Counted from the stretch's first letter, positions 1 to 10,037 are shown. The stretch: 64,000 bases of DNA from a virus (IMGVR_UViG_3300021365_000005:33457-97456), one strand, 5' to 3'. The notes: generated by a model not told the origin, from the letters alone. Program-made: numbers and translations.

Positions 1-152
1 TACTTTTCCGGTTTTACTTTTACTTTTTCAGGCTTTTGATGTATAGTTGCAACCTTATTTAATAGCGCTGCTACTACATGAGAATCTCCTCCTCGAATTT
101 GGAGCTCTGACAATGCTTTGTGTATTAATGCTAATTCTTCTTTTTCAAACAT
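1..152 (-). CDS. Small protein (~50 aa), possible fibre-associated chaperone; not in ORF track
   Basis: ATG at 152 preceded by AAGGA; MFEKEELALIHKALSELQIRGGDSHVVAALLNKVATIHQKPEKVKVKPEK; probable stop cut by the window edge; resembles 214..381. Confidence 0.6.
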   Translation of the reverse strand, partial: MFEKEELALIHKALSELQIRGGDSHVVAALLNKVATIHQKPEKVKVKPEK

Positions 153-180
153 AACTATTCCTTTATTTAATTAATATCTA

Positions 181-213
181 GCTAATATATGACAAAAAGT
201 TTACAATAAAAAA
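181..213 (-). promoter_or_regulatory. Putative host-type/middle promoter (T-run, ~16 nt spacer, TATATTAG)
   Basis: Same architecture at 10390, 37997, 53715 and 57309; core resembles the Bacteroidota -7 box TAnnTTTG. Confidence 0.45.
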
Positions 214-381
214 TTATTGGGTGATTATTTTTTGCAATTTTACTGCTGTTTGGTAAACTAGCTGAACATCTTTGCCATCAAATTTAGAGTCTGCTACTAG
301 TTTTAATAGGAATTCTAATTCTTCTTTTGATAAAGTTGTTGAAATTTTTTCTTTCTTTTTGTCTTTGGATAATATTCCCAT
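214..381 (-). CDS. Small protein (55 aa), paralog of 1..152; not in ORF track
   Basis: MGILSKDKKKEKISTTLSKEELEFLLKLVADSKFDGKDVQLVYQTAVKLQKIITQ*; fills the gap after the fibre gene. Confidence 0.7.
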   Translation of the reverse strand: MGILSKDKKKEKISTTLSKEELEFLLKLVADSKFDGKDVQLVYQTAVKLQKIITQ

Positions 382-402
382 AGGTTATAACTCTTATTTT
401 AT

Positions 403-2457
403 TTATACGTGGAAGTAAATTTCTCCAGCGCTATCAACTCTCATGTTTCCATCTACATTTGCTTTTACTGATTCTGCACCATCGGCTGAGCCTGAAAATA
501 CCCCTACAAAGTGGACTTTGGTTGCTCCTAGGTTTGTGGTGAGTTCAGGTGAGCCGCCAGCATAACCCATACCAAAACGGCCTTTATTTCCTATTCCACT
601 ATCATACATTAAAGTGTTACTTTGTGTCGGGTCTTGACCAAAGGTTATACCAAAGTCAAAGGTGTTAAGCTCTGCTCCTTTTCCCATAAGAAAACAACTA
701 TCAGAAATTATTAAGTTTTCAGATTTAAATATAGTAACATTTTCTGCATCGGAAATATTTAGATTTCCTGGTATGGTGATAACGTCGTTTACACTAGTTC
801 CAAAAGCCAAAGTATTACTTTCAAAAGGCCCTGCAAGTAATAGTGCTACGGAATCTTCTTCTGTTCCTTTTGAAAGTCCTCCATTGGCGAAACTTAAAAA
901 TTGGTCATCGGCTCCTACGGCAGAAGCTGTCCAGTCTGTGTTATTGACATTAACCCCTCCGGCAATATCTTCGATAGTAATAGCAGGTGTGGTTGTTGCA
1001 TTTGTAAGTGTTAGGAATAGCCCATCTATAGTTGAACCACCTTCTAATGGAGCTACTGACATTGATGTTACCGTACCTGTAGTAGCCGAATAGTTTGGTA
1101 GGCCTTCTACAACTTTAGTTTTTAATGCACCTAGAGAGTGTTCGTAAAGCAGACCAGAAGTGGTCGCATTTGGATAATGGTGCTCGTACATTAAAGTATC
1201 GTTAGTTGCAAAAGATTCTGAAGGGATATGCGTGTGGCGGGATATTATACTACCGGTAAATCTAGAACCTGATATAGAGGTATTTGCATAAGCTGGGGCA
1301 TTAAAGGACCCTGAAACGATCATAACAGAGATCACACCAGAATCTTTAATTTTTATACCATCGGCATCTAATCCTAGACCTGAAGTGCGTCCTGCATCTT
1401 CCCAAAGCTGTAGCGCCATTGTTGCAGGAGCTTGGAAATTAAAGTGTTGGAAGCCAGAGCCAGTGTTGAATCCCGTGGACATTGTTAATGCCCCGAAAGC
1501 AACCTGTGAAGCGGCTATACCCGTTAGGCCTGAACCAGTACCTGTGAATGATGCTGCTAGGAATCCTTGTGAAGCCGTAAAGTCTGTAGTGAAACTATGA
1601 GAAGCGGTAGCATGTGCTCCCATAACAACTGAACTAGTTGTCTGTGATGTCACAAACTCGTTAAAGTCCGTTCCGTTGTAGTAAAATGTTCCGTCGACAC
1701 CTAGGTCCCCGAAATTACTAGAGCCGGAAGCAATCAACGTAGAAGCTGTTAAATATGATACCTGTAATCCTCCAAATGGTCCTGTATGAGTATGGTCCCC
1801 AGCATTTACAGCACCTACCTGAAAAGGGTTAGTAAGAGGATTGGTGGTCTGTATATCAATATGATTGCTTCCAATATCAATATTGAAATTACCATTAATA
1901 CTACCAGCTTCGTTTGACCCTGCGTCATCAGAACCAAGAGCCCCCACCGAAGTCCATGCTTGAGCGTTGCTCGATGAAACATCTCCTTGTCTATTGGTTG
2001 CAGTTAAATCACTATATGCAATGTCACCAACACCGGTGCCATTTGTGAGCTCGGTGTTGGTATAGTTTGTTGAATGGATTACTTGGCCAGGAACATCGCT
2101 TCCCCATGCATAGTGAACTTCTGTGGTGTTGGTTGTTGTTGAAGACCCACTATAGTGAGGAATACTGTCGTGATCTAGAGTGCCTTCATTAATACTCATA
2201 GTAAAGGCTGTGGCACCTTCTTCTTCTGTGCTTAAAGAAAGTCCTGTTGCAACATCGTACGTGGTGTTGATCCCGCCTAGATCTGATTGGGTGATAGGAA
2301 GGAAATTTCCAGCAGCGTCATGAACTAATACTTTATCTTCTATAGCCCCGCCGTTTGAAGCTAGAGGGGTTACTTGTAGTTCCCCTGTAGGAATTGTTAG
2401 TTGAGTTAACTCCGCGGAGCCTGATTCAACTATTACTTTTTTCCATGTACTTGGCAT
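403..2457 (-). CDS. Virion fibre/structural protein
   Basis: G/S/T-rich, 684 aa; N-terminus WKKVI and C-terminal region homologous to 2486..4321; GGAGAG upstream. Confidence 0.7.
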   Translation of the reverse strand: MPSTWKKVIVESGSAELTQLTIPTGELQVTPLASNGGAIEDKVLVHDAAGNFLPITQSDLGGINTTYDVATGLSLSTEEEGATAFTMSINEGTLDHDSIPHYSGSSTTTNTTEVHYAWGSDVPGQVIHSTNYTNTELTNGTGVGDIAYSDLTATNRQGDVSSSNAQAWTSVGALGSDDAGSNEAGSINGNFNIDIGSNHIDIQTTNPLTNPFQVGAVNAGDHTHTGPFGGLQVSYLTASTLIASGSSNFGDLGVDGTFYYNGTDFNEFVTSQTTSSVVMGAHATASHSFTTDFTASQGFLAASFTGTGSGLTGIAASQVAFGALTMSTGFNTGSGFQHFNFQAPATMALQLWEDAGRTSGLGLDADGIKIKDSGVISVMIVSGSFNAPAYANTSISGSRFTGSIISRHTHIPSESFATNDTLMYEHHYPNATTSGLLYEHSLGALKTKVVEGLPNYSATTGTVTSMSVAPLEGGSTIDGLFLTLTNATTTPAITIEDIAGGVNVNNTDWTASAVGADDQFLSFANGGLSKGTEEDSVALLLAGPFESNTLAFGTSVNDVITIPGNLNISDAENVTIFKSENLIISDSCFLMGKGAELNTFDFGITFGQDPTQSNTLMYDSGIGNKGRFGMGYAGGSPELTTNLGATKVHFVGVFSGSADGAESVKANVDGNMRVDSAGEIYFHV

Positions 2458-2485
2458 TTATTTTCTCTCCATTACTGCTTTTGAT

Positions 2486-4321
2486 CTATGCGTAGATATA
2501 CATATTACCACCTGAATGTCTGATGTTTCCTATCTGATCTGCCTTAGCGTTCGTTGCTTCTGCCTCTGATCCATTTATTACAGCAGCAAAGTGATAGTCG
2601 GCTGCAACATCTTGAGGAGTTTCAGAATTCCAAATGTCAATATCATTATTATAGTTGACCCCAAATCTACCATTACTTCCACTATAGTTGGTTTCCCATA
2701 CTAGCATATTACCTTGCGATGCCGCTTCTCCAAATTGAATTCCCACGTCTGTTGTAGTGGACCCAGATCCAATCAATATAAACTTATCTTTGATTTCTAG
2801 GTTTGTAGAAGCTATTGATGTTAGGGTTCCTTCTACAATTAGATCACCTGCAATTGTAATAGTGTCTGAGGCATCTCCAAAGGTGAGGTTTCCAAGGTTG
2901 GCATTTAATAAAGCCCCGGCTGCAGCAGCTGGTGTGGTTTGACCTGTTCCACCGTGGTCTATAGCAAGAGCTGCGCCTGACCAATTATCATCGTTTATTT
3001 GAACCGCACCACCAAGAGTAATTACCGGGGTATTGCCTCCACTGCTTTCAAGGGATAGACCTGAGACGTTTGAGTCTGCTGTGACAGCCGTTACCGTTCC
3101 CACTTCTGTTGTGAAGTCTAGAGAACTACTTATAAAGCTAGTTATATCAGCAAGGGTTGTGGACTTGATAGTAGCAGTGTCTGCGTCTTGGATTAGGAAT
3201 TTATTTGTTGAATTAAGTGAATTAGCAGCAACATTGTCAAGCGCAGATATAAAACTCGGTGCTAAGTGTTCAGATAGAATAGCCCCAACACCAATTTTAT
3301 CATTAGTAACTGCTCCGGGAGCTATTTGACTAGTTCCTACTCCATCATCTTTAATTCTAATACCTGCACTACCTAGCTGAAGAGTGTTTCCATTTAAGTC
3401 AACAGTAAATGTCCTATCGCCAGAACCATCATAGGAATTAGCGCTAATACCATGACCATCATGAAGAGTTCCCAATCCAGAAATACCCGATCCTGGGATT
3501 CCCGTTAAGTTGGATCCATCACCTGTGAATGTCGAAGCAGAAACTCCACCGCTTGCTGTTACACTTCCTGAAAAATAGTGGCTATCGCCTTCGTTATTTC
3601 CCCAAACTGTGGATCCTGTAATAACCCCAGCTGCAGCGTTCTCAAATGTGTATGCATTAAATGTAAGACTTCCGTCTACTGCAAGGGATCCTGTTATGGT
3701 TGCGTTTGAAGCGGAAATCCCCGTTGTTGCAGTAATCGTACCAGCTATTTCGGAATTCCCTGCAAGGAGTATATTCTCAGTGACGAGCACTGAAGCAGAC
3801 ACGACTGATGCAGAAACTATACCCGTTGTTGTGATATCACCAAATCCTGAGACTATTGATCCTCCAGATAAAGCCCCTACAGAAGTTACATGTGTTTGAG
3901 CTGCATCAAGATTAATTGTGGTTCCATCAATCGTAACTCCGGTGCCTCCTGTGTAGGTCGTATCCGAGTAGTTAGATTCATGAATATTAGAAGAAGTAGT
4001 TGCTGCCCAATTAACGTGTTGATCTTCAAAATAGCCTGAAAGCTGGGAGTGAGTTATTTCTGCTGGTACTACGGAGAATGTGTTGTTTGAACCTGCATCT
4101 TGAAGTCCATCTCCGGGTACGTATGTGGTATTAGTACCAGCAACCGAGCTTTGTGCAATAGATCTTAAGTTTCCACTACCATCAATTGTTACTACACGAT
4201 CACCAGTGCTTCCAGGAGTCCCTGCTGTTATTGCGGTTCCTAGATTTACCCCGACACTAGCTGTGACTGATGCTAGAGTTGCGTCGCTGCCGCTTAATAT
4301 AATTTTTTTCCAAATTGCCAT
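2486..4321 (-). CDS. Virion fibre/structural protein
   Basis: MAIWKKIILSGS start, fibre-like GGTG and GDLIVEGT..NLEIKDKFI motifs; paralog of 403..2457. Confidence 0.75.
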   Translation of the reverse strand: MAIWKKIILSGSDATLASVTASVGVNLGTAITAGTPGSTGDRVVTIDGSGNLRSIAQSSVAGTNTTYVPGDGLQDAGSNNTFSVVPAEITHSQLSGYFEDQHVNWAATTSSNIHESNYSDTTYTGGTGVTIDGTTINLDAAQTHVTSVGALSGGSIVSGFGDITTTGIVSASVVSASVLVTENILLAGNSEIAGTITATTGISASNATITGSLAVDGSLTFNAYTFENAAAGVITGSTVWGNNEGDSHYFSGSVTASGGVSASTFTGDGSNLTGIPGSGISGLGTLHDGHGISANSYDGSGDRTFTVDLNGNTLQLGSAGIRIKDDGVGTSQIAPGAVTNDKIGVGAILSEHLAPSFISALDNVAANSLNSTNKFLIQDADTATIKSTTLADITSFISSSLDFTTEVGTVTAVTADSNVSGLSLESSGGNTPVITLGGAVQINDDNWSGAALAIDHGGTGQTTPAAAAGALLNANLGNLTFGDASDTITIAGDLIVEGTLTSIASTNLEIKDKFILIGSGSTTTDVGIQFGEAASQGNMLVWETNYSGSNGRFGVNYNNDIDIWNSETPQDVAADYHFAAVINGSEAEATNAKADQIGNIRHSGGNMYIYA

Positions 4322-4342
4322 GTTGTTTACTCGTTATAGATT

Positions 4343-5524
4343 CTAATATGTTGTTGCGTTAAACCTAGGGGTTCTTTCAGCTATTGAGGTATCCATCGGG
4401 ATTGCGTAGCCTGAACTAGTTCCACTTGCCGAAGGAAATACATATATTCCTGGTAAAGCTGGAGTTGCTAGGGTAACGTCTCCGAAGATATGGGATCCTG
4501 AATTTGGTCCAAATCCCTTCCAAAATTCAAAAGGGGCTGTGGCCTGAGATCCTGATACGAAATATATGGTTCCTCCAGATCCAGTAGCTCCTGACATAGA
4601 TACATCTGATATTGCATACGTTCTAAGAAATGATTGTGACGCTACTACGGATCCTGTTGGAAAGTGAAGAATATTTGTTTTTGGAGCAAAGTCATATGCT
4701 TCATCCGGTCCATCACCTAAAGCCTTAAGAAATCCAGTGTGCGTGACAAAATCTTTATAGTAAGGTTGTGCAGTATAAGAACCAGATCCCCAGTTAGTTC
4801 CAATAACCGAGGCTGTTGTTGAACTTGATGATCCATAAGGAGTCCAAATAGATGAACTTGCATATGTTTCAGAGCTATATTCAGATCCTGTAAAACTATG
4901 GAAAGCTATGCTTCTTGATGGGAAAGATCCTGCAAAACTCATTGTTTCCATTGGAAGGGTAAACTCAACAATAGTTGTGTTTCCAGCAATACTACCACCT
5001 CCTGCTTTGAGTATGATGTTTGTTGCGTTTGTGGATGTGTTGTAAATTGAAAGTAAGTTTGTTTGACCATCTCCTATAAATGCTACAGGAACTTCCCAAC
5101 TAGCTGTTGCTGGAGCAGATGCCGTGGAAGATCCAGTATAAGAACTAGAATCTATTTGCACGATAAGAGCAGGAAAATTTACAGCATTAAATGATGTACT
5201 TATTTGACTTTTAGCTGCAGAAGATAATGAACTAGAATTAAGAAAATTCGTCATATCTACTTTAAATCTATCCCTTTCCATTGCAGTATATGATAGGCCA
5301 CTTCCAGTGTCGTAGATATAATATCCATCAGGATAGTCTGGGGCGGTTACAATAGAATCCCTATTGAAAAACCCAGTTGAGTTTTTAGATGCCTTAGCAC
5401 CTTGCTGAAGGGTTAGAGGTAGCCTGTGTTTTGGTCTAAACTCAAGAGCGTTTGTAGAGTCACCTACTGATGCAGATAACTGTGCCCATGTTTTCATTTC
5501 CCACTTATTTTTGTATAATGACAT
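4343..5524 (-). CDS. Putative virion structural protein
   Basis: Ser/Gly/Thr-rich, late motif upstream, located among structural genes. Confidence 0.55.
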   Translation of the reverse strand: MSLYKNKWEMKTWAQLSASVGDSTNALEFRPKHRLPLTLQQGAKASKNSTGFFNRDSIVTAPDYPDGYYIYDTGSGLSYTAMERDRFKVDMTNFLNSSSLSSAAKSQISTSFNAVNFPALIVQIDSSSYTGSSTASAPATASWEVPVAFIGDGQTNLLSIYNTSTNATNIILKAGGGSIAGNTTIVEFTLPMETMSFAGSFPSRSIAFHSFTGSEYSSETYASSSIWTPYGSSSSTTASVIGTNWGSGSYTAQPYYKDFVTHTGFLKALGDGPDEAYDFAPKTNILHFPTGSVVASQSFLRTYAISDVSMSGATGSGGTIYFVSGSQATAPFEFWKGFGPNSGSHIFGDVTLATPALPGIYVFPSASGTSSGYAIPMDTSIAERTPRFNATTY

Positions 5525-5542
5525 TGGTTTTAAATCCTTTTA

Positions 5543-5550
5543 TATAAATA
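5543..5550 (-). promoter_or_regulatory. Putative late promoter TATTTATA
   Basis: Recurrent motif directly upstream of a gene start. Confidence 0.65.
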
Positions 5551-6171
5551 TCAGTTGCCAAGGTAAAAGTCCCCGGAGGCACTATAGAACATACCACCAG
5601 TAACTGGGGTAGGAGTTGTGTCGAATTGGCCTAATATTGTTACCCCCTGGAGGTTTATTACAAATTTAGTGTCTTCAGAGTTATGAGCTCTAACTACAAA
5701 TAAGTCATTTACCCCATCTCCCTGAATGCTTACTTTTGAACTAGTAACTAAAGGAGCAAATAATGATTCAGAAAGATGTAGTTCGTGCTGAGGGTTTATA
5801 ATGTGTAGTCCTACATTATCACCAACAACTGTGAATGGATTCCCAATTATATTACCAAATGCAGGGTTGGCTATAGCAGCAGGAAAAGCCATATTGTCTG
5901 TAACGGTTACTGCAGTAGAGTCTGCAATTGTTATAGCAACTTGGTTTGGCGAATCAACTGCGACTTGAACTTGAACGGTTGTTGCAGGCTCTGTTGATAT
6001 GTTTTCAACGACTGGGGAAGTTGTTATGGTACCACCCTCTAATACACTAACAGCAGAACTTATTGATATAGTGCCACCTGCTAAAATATCATTAATATCT
6101 AGACTATATACAGCAATGTCGGAAACACTTATCGATTCTGAATCGTCATGTATTTCAACCGATTGTAGCAA
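5551..6171 (-). CDS. Putative virion structural protein
   Basis: Beta-rich; C-terminus GGMFYSASGDFYLG resembles the fibre C-termini; start codon uncertain. Confidence 0.55.
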   Translation of the reverse strand: MLQSVEIHDDSESISVSDIAVYSLDINDILAGGTISISSAVSVLEGGTITTSPVVENISTEPATTVQVQVAVDSPNQVAITIADSTAVTVTDNMAFPAAIANPAFGNIIGNPFTVVGDNVGLHIINPQHELHLSESLFAPLVTSSKVSIQGDGVNDLFVVRAHNSEDTKFVINLQGVTILGQFDTTPTPVTGGMFYSASGDFYLGN

Positions 6172-6174
6172 TAG

Positions 6175-6546
6175 TTATCTCGTAACTTCTGGAGATAACT
6201 TTATCGAGCCTTGTAGTAATCTAGTTACTGTTGAAGAAGCAGGATCTTCTATTTCAATATCATAAACTGCTGAATCAAATGTGTAGTTCTTTGTAACAGA
6301 TGCTTCAATTCTAAGCTGTATAGTACCACTAGCTGTGGAATTGGTAGTAGCTAGTATAGTCATGCCACTTCCAGTTTCAAATGACCCTCCAACCACAGGA
6401 GCAGCATCTGTTATAGCATCTCGTATATGCATTCGTACTAAATAGCCATTTAGATCTACAACATTAGCACTTGAATCTTTATATGTGAATTGCTTTACTA
6501 CTGTTGTTCCTTGTTCTATGGTAAAATTATAAATGCCGGCTGCCAT
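6175..6546 (-). CDS. Ig-like virion adaptor protein (BppU-N/LtfC-like)
   Basis: MAAGIYNFTIEQG...AVYDIEI...RLLQGSIKLSPEVT pattern common in phage fibre adaptors; AGGAGA SD. Confidence 0.65.
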   Translation of the reverse strand: MAAGIYNFTIEQGTTVVKQFTYKDSSANVVDLNGYLVRMHIRDAITDAAPVVGGSFETGSGMTILATTNSTASGTIQLRIEASVTKNYTFDSAVYDIEIEDPASSTVTRLLQGSIKLSPEVTR

Positions 6547-6578
6547 GTGGGTCTCCTAAACGTGATTGTACTTCCATA

Positions 6579-6586
6579 TATAAATA
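6579..6586 (-). promoter_or_regulatory. Putative late promoter TATTTATA
   Basis: Motif in the intergenic gap upstream of 6546. Confidence 0.6.
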
Positions 6587-6611
6587 TACAAAAAAGTACT
6601 AAATGAATACA

Positions 6612-7292
6612 CTATAAAACTTTACCAGGTCTATCTTCATAAGCCTGAAGTATAAGTTTTAGTATTGGGTGTCTGTGATTTTCTAATAACTCGATGGTGT
6701 GTAGTCCAGCTACAGTTTTAATTGATTGCAAAAACTTTAACCCAGACTCTCCTGTAGACTTTAGATCTATTTGATCTGAATCTCCGCAAAACAACATTTT
6801 AGATCCTTTACCTATTCTTTGAAGAATCATTAAGGTTTGTTCATGGGTCAAGTTTTGGGCCTCATCTACAATTATTACAGAATTTGTAAAAGTACGGCCT
6901 CTCATATAAGATACAGGAACTATTTCAATTTGTCTATTACTTATCATAGCGTCTATACGCTCGCGCCTAAGTAGCTGATACATGTTTCCATATACAGGTG
7001 CTACCCATGGATCCATTTTGTCATCAATACCTCCTGGTAGATATCCCAGATCTTCTTTAGATATTGTAGGCCTTGTGATTATTATTTTTTCAACATGTTT
7101 ATCTAAGGCTAGGTTTAGTGCTATTTGACATGCTAATAAGGTTTTTCCAGATCCTGCATTTCCTAGTACGATTGACACATCATTTTCTAAGATTATAGAC
7201 TTTGCTTTTTTTTGCTCTGGGTTTAGAGATAATAAAAACCTATATCCTTTTTTATTATTTTTAGGCTTAACTTTTGAAAAACTTGTAGACAT
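6612..7292 (-). CDS. phoH: PhoH family ATPase
   Basis: GNAGSGKT, TRP, LGYLPG, YMRGRTF, DEAQN, GD..QID and HRHP motifs. Confidence 0.97.
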   Translation of the reverse strand: MSTSFSKVKPKNNKKGYRFLLSLNPEQKKAKSIILENDVSIVLGNAGSGKTLLACQIALNLALDKHVEKIIITRPTISKEDLGYLPGGIDDKMDPWVAPVYGNMYQLLRRERIDAMISNRQIEIVPVSYMRGRTFTNSVIIVDEAQNLTHEQTLMILQRIGKGSKMLFCGDSDQIDLKSTGESGLKFLQSIKTVAGLHTIELLENHRHPILKLILQAYEDRPGKVL

Positions 7293-7312
7293 TAAGATCT
7301 CCTTTTCTTTAC

Positions 7313-7320
7313 TATAAATA
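7313..7320 (-). promoter_or_regulatory. Putative late promoter TATTTATA
   Basis: Lies between the capsid terminator and the phoH SD. Confidence 0.65.
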
Positions 7321-7328
7321 TCTCACAC

Positions 7329-7360
7329 AAAAAAAGAGACTCAAATTAATGAGCCTCTTT
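7329..7360 (-). terminator. Intrinsic terminator after the major capsid gene
   Basis: AAAGAGGCTCA-TTAATT-TGAGTCTC followed by a T7 run. Confidence 0.85.
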
Positions 7361-7384
7361 CGTAGAATTATACTAAACTTAAAC

Positions 7385-8893
7385 TTAAAGGATGTTTGAA
7401 ACTGTTAGCTTAGCGTAGAAGTCTTTACGAACTACTTTCTTAGCATAACGTGTCATTACACCTTTACGTGGAGTAAAGTTGTTTGGATCATAAACCAATG
7501 GAGTCATGATTAGTGGGATATATGGAGCGTAAACCGCACCTGTTTCAAGGAATTGATTTCCTCGGAATCCTATAATCATATCTGCAGAGTTCCAATATGG
7601 ATTCTTGTAAACCTTATAACGGTTTGCAAAGTTTCCAATTTTTTCTACACCTGCTGCAAATCCATCTGTATTTCCATCTGTATCTACTGCGAAACTAGGA
7701 ATAGTTTCAAGAACAGTAGCAACATCAGGAGAACAAACGATAAAGTTTGCACCACCACGCATTGTCGCTCTGTGGATCTTATTAGATAGCTTTTGGATTT
7801 CATATCCAATAGTAGCATTGTGTGTACCTAACGTGTAAGCCCAAGGACCTGAAGACGTTTGATATCCCTTAGCAGAAGCATTTGTTGGATCACCGACCCA
7901 AGTGCCGCTAAAGCCAGCAGAAGAGTGTAGCATTTCAAGGATCTCTAGATCGATTTCCATTGCAATGTACTCAGATAACATTGAAGTTAATTCTGCTTCA
8001 GCATCAATTGAGTGATACGCATTTAAATCTTGTGCAAACTCTGGAGTCCATACAACTTTTAACTTACGTGTCTTAGCAACTAAAGCCTCTGACTCTAGAG
8101 AAACCTCTAGTTCTGGAATATTTAGTTGAGCTTCCTCAAGTTCATTTCCAACAGTGTGCTGGGCCTCGAAATCACCACGAAGACCAGCTGCAGTAGATAC
8201 ATCACCATTCTGTTCAAGTTGGTGATAGTGTACTGTTACAACGTCAGTTGCACCAGGCATACCACTGAATGTTACCTCACCGGTTGCTTGATCAAAAGAA
8301 GTAGCAGCGTATTCAGTAGATCCTGATACAGCGTATGCTGAAAGACCCATGTCTAAATCTGCCTTTGTAAAGCCACCTGCATTAAGCTTGGTTCCCTTAG
8401 CAGCTAGAGTAACTGAAGCAGTTGATTGGGGAGCTCGCATAGAGTAAGCAGAACGACCAGGACCAGGATAAAGACCTTTTGTAAAGTCAGTTGTAGCTGC
8501 CTTTCCGTTTGATCCGAATATTGACTGTGTGTTGTCTACTGGGAATTTATCATTACCATATTTGAAATCCAACCAGAAAACTAGACCTGAAGGTAAGTTC
8601 ATTGGTTGTACCGATACGAAATCTTTTGCTGAGATTTCTGCAAAGATACGTCTTACTAGGGGAAGAGCTACGCCATTCCACTCATCATTAGCTGTTGCAG
8701 TGTTGTTTGCCTCAGAGATAAGTTGTTTAGCTTGGTTTTCCAAAAGAATAGCAGTGTTATGTTTATCATATTCACCACCAAGTCCTTCTAAAAGTCCAGT
8801 CTTTTCCCATTTAGTAACGTAGCCTTGTGTTTCATTGCGTTGTGTCGCAAATGCTGCCTTAGAATCTTGCAGCAAGTTTGAAATATTTGACAT
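7385..8893 (-). CDS. gp23: Major capsid protein (T4 gp23-like)
   Basis: VSVQPM..PSGL.F, AKTRKLK..WTPEFAQDL.AYH.IDAE.EL, YAPYIPL, P..GVMTRY. Confidence 0.97.
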   Translation of the reverse strand: MSNISNLLQDSKAAFATQRNETQGYVTKWEKTGLLEGLGGEYDKHNTAILLENQAKQLISEANNTATANDEWNGVALPLVRRIFAEISAKDFVSVQPMNLPSGLVFWLDFKYGNDKFPVDNTQSIFGSNGKAATTDFTKGLYPGPGRSAYSMRAPQSTASVTLAAKGTKLNAGGFTKADLDMGLSAYAVSGSTEYAATSFDQATGEVTFSGMPGATDVVTVHYHQLEQNGDVSTAAGLRGDFEAQHTVGNELEEAQLNIPELEVSLESEALVAKTRKLKVVWTPEFAQDLNAYHSIDAEAELTSMLSEYIAMEIDLEILEMLHSSAGFSGTWVGDPTNASAKGYQTSSGPWAYTLGTHNATIGYEIQKLSNKIHRATMRGGANFIVCSPDVATVLETIPSFAVDTDGNTDGFAAGVEKIGNFANRYKVYKNPYWNSADMIIGFRGNQFLETGAVYAPYIPLIMTPLVYDPNNFTPRKGVMTRYAKKVVRKDFYAKLTVSNIL

Positions 8894-8914
8894 TATTGTC
8901 TCCTAAATTTTAAA

Positions 8915-9826
8915 TTAAATTAAACCGGCAAGCTTACGCATGCGGTCTGAAAAGTTGTTTGATTCTACAATCACCGATTTGTTTGGTGCAGTAGATTTTG
9001 TAGATTTTGAAGCTAAGCCTTCAGTCATTGAAGATTTAGTTCCGCCTTTGCCTACGATTGATTCAGCAAGTGTTGAATAGACCAACTTAACTTCGCGAAC
9101 TGATGCTGCTCTATCGAACGTTTCAATTACACGTAGCTTTTGTGATTCATTCAAGTTATTAGCTCTGAAAAGTTTATTAGAAAATAGTAGCTTAGCATTT
9201 AGTAAGTTAACCTCATTGATCTTAGATCTTAGGAACTTAATAGTAGCATAAGCTTCTTCTAAATCAGATTCACCAACGACTTCTTTATCGTCTTCAGCTT
9301 CTTCATCTTCTTCTCTTAGTGCATTAATAACTTCTTCGAGGTCGAATTCTTCATCGTCCTCTGTTGCATCTTCTGTTACAGGCTCTTCTTCTTCAGCAGC
9401 GGCGTCTTCAGCGACAGGGACTTCGTCCTCATCTGTTTCAGTTCCGGCTTCTAGTTCACGAAGGATAGCTTCTAACTCGAGGTCATCTTCAGATTGTTCA
9501 CCTTCAGCTTCTGCTGCAACTTCTGCATCATCTTCTTCAGGGGCCATTTCTGCGTCTTCGTCATACATACCTTCAACCTCTGTATCTTCTTCATCTGCTG
9601 TGAGTTCTGCAACGGGATCAGTTTCTTCTTCAGAATCCATTGCCATTTCAGCAGTGGGAACTTCTTCTTCTTCTTCGTCTTCGTACTCTTCACGAATTTT
9701 AGTAGATAACATAGACTGGAGTTTGGGCGTAAACGCTTCTTCTAAAGCTAATTTTGCATTTGCAATTGCAGTCTGACGGACTGCCTTAGCATCAGCTATA
9801 GCTTCTTTTAATAGGTCTTTTGACAT
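8915..9826 (-). CDS. Prohead core scaffold protein (gp22-like)
   Basis: Very acidic coiled-coil protein immediately upstream of the capsid gene; many L/I-x-E sites; AAGGAGA SD. Confidence 0.85.
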   Translation of the reverse strand: MSKDLLKEAIADAKAVRQTAIANAKLALEEAFTPKLQSMLSTKIREEYEDEEEEEVPTAEMAMDSEEETDPVAELTADEEDTEVEGMYDEDAEMAPEEDDAEVAAEAEGEQSEDDLELEAILRELEAGTETDEDEVPVAEDAAAEEEEPVTEDATEDDEEFDLEEVINALREEDEEAEDDKEVVGESDLEEAYATIKFLRSKINEVNLLNAKLLFSNKLFRANNLNESQKLRVIETFDRAASVREVKLVYSTLAESIVGKGGTKSSMTEGLASKSTKSTAPNKSVIVESNNFSDRMRKLAGLI

Positions 9827-9946
9827 ATTATTCTCCTTATATTATAATTAGGAAATAAGACTATTAGGAGTCTCAATAAAATTGTTTTGGATTGCATGTC
9901 TTGCCACATATTACGGATGGGGCATTTTTGCATGCTGGTTTCATAA
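9827..9946 (-). promoter_or_regulatory. Structured 5' leader of the scaffold-capsid operon
   Basis: GCATG/CATGC and TGCC/GGCA nested stem, GAGACT/AGTCTT hairpin, and TTCCT pairing with the AGGAG SD. Confidence 0.5.
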
Positions 9947-9954
9947 TATAAGTA
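9947..9954 (-). promoter_or_regulatory. Putative late promoter variant TACTTATA
   Basis: One mismatch to the motif; follows the bS21 terminator. Confidence 0.5.
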
Positions 9955-9977
9955 TATATGAATTTATAAAAGCCCAC

Positions 9978-10011
9978 AAAAAAAAGACCAAAGACGCTAA
10001 ATCTTTGATCT
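9978..10011 (-). terminator. Intrinsic terminator after bS21
   Basis: AGATCAAAGAT-TTAGC-GTCTTTGGTCT followed by a T run. Confidence 0.85.
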
Positions 10012-10037
10012 AATTTAAGTTTTATATGAAAATTAAC

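Noticed and set aside
9472-9693. Alternative-frame minus-strand ORFs (also 33097, 39400, 59987, 60578)
   Set aside because: Nested in well-supported genes, with no SD or recognisable motifs.
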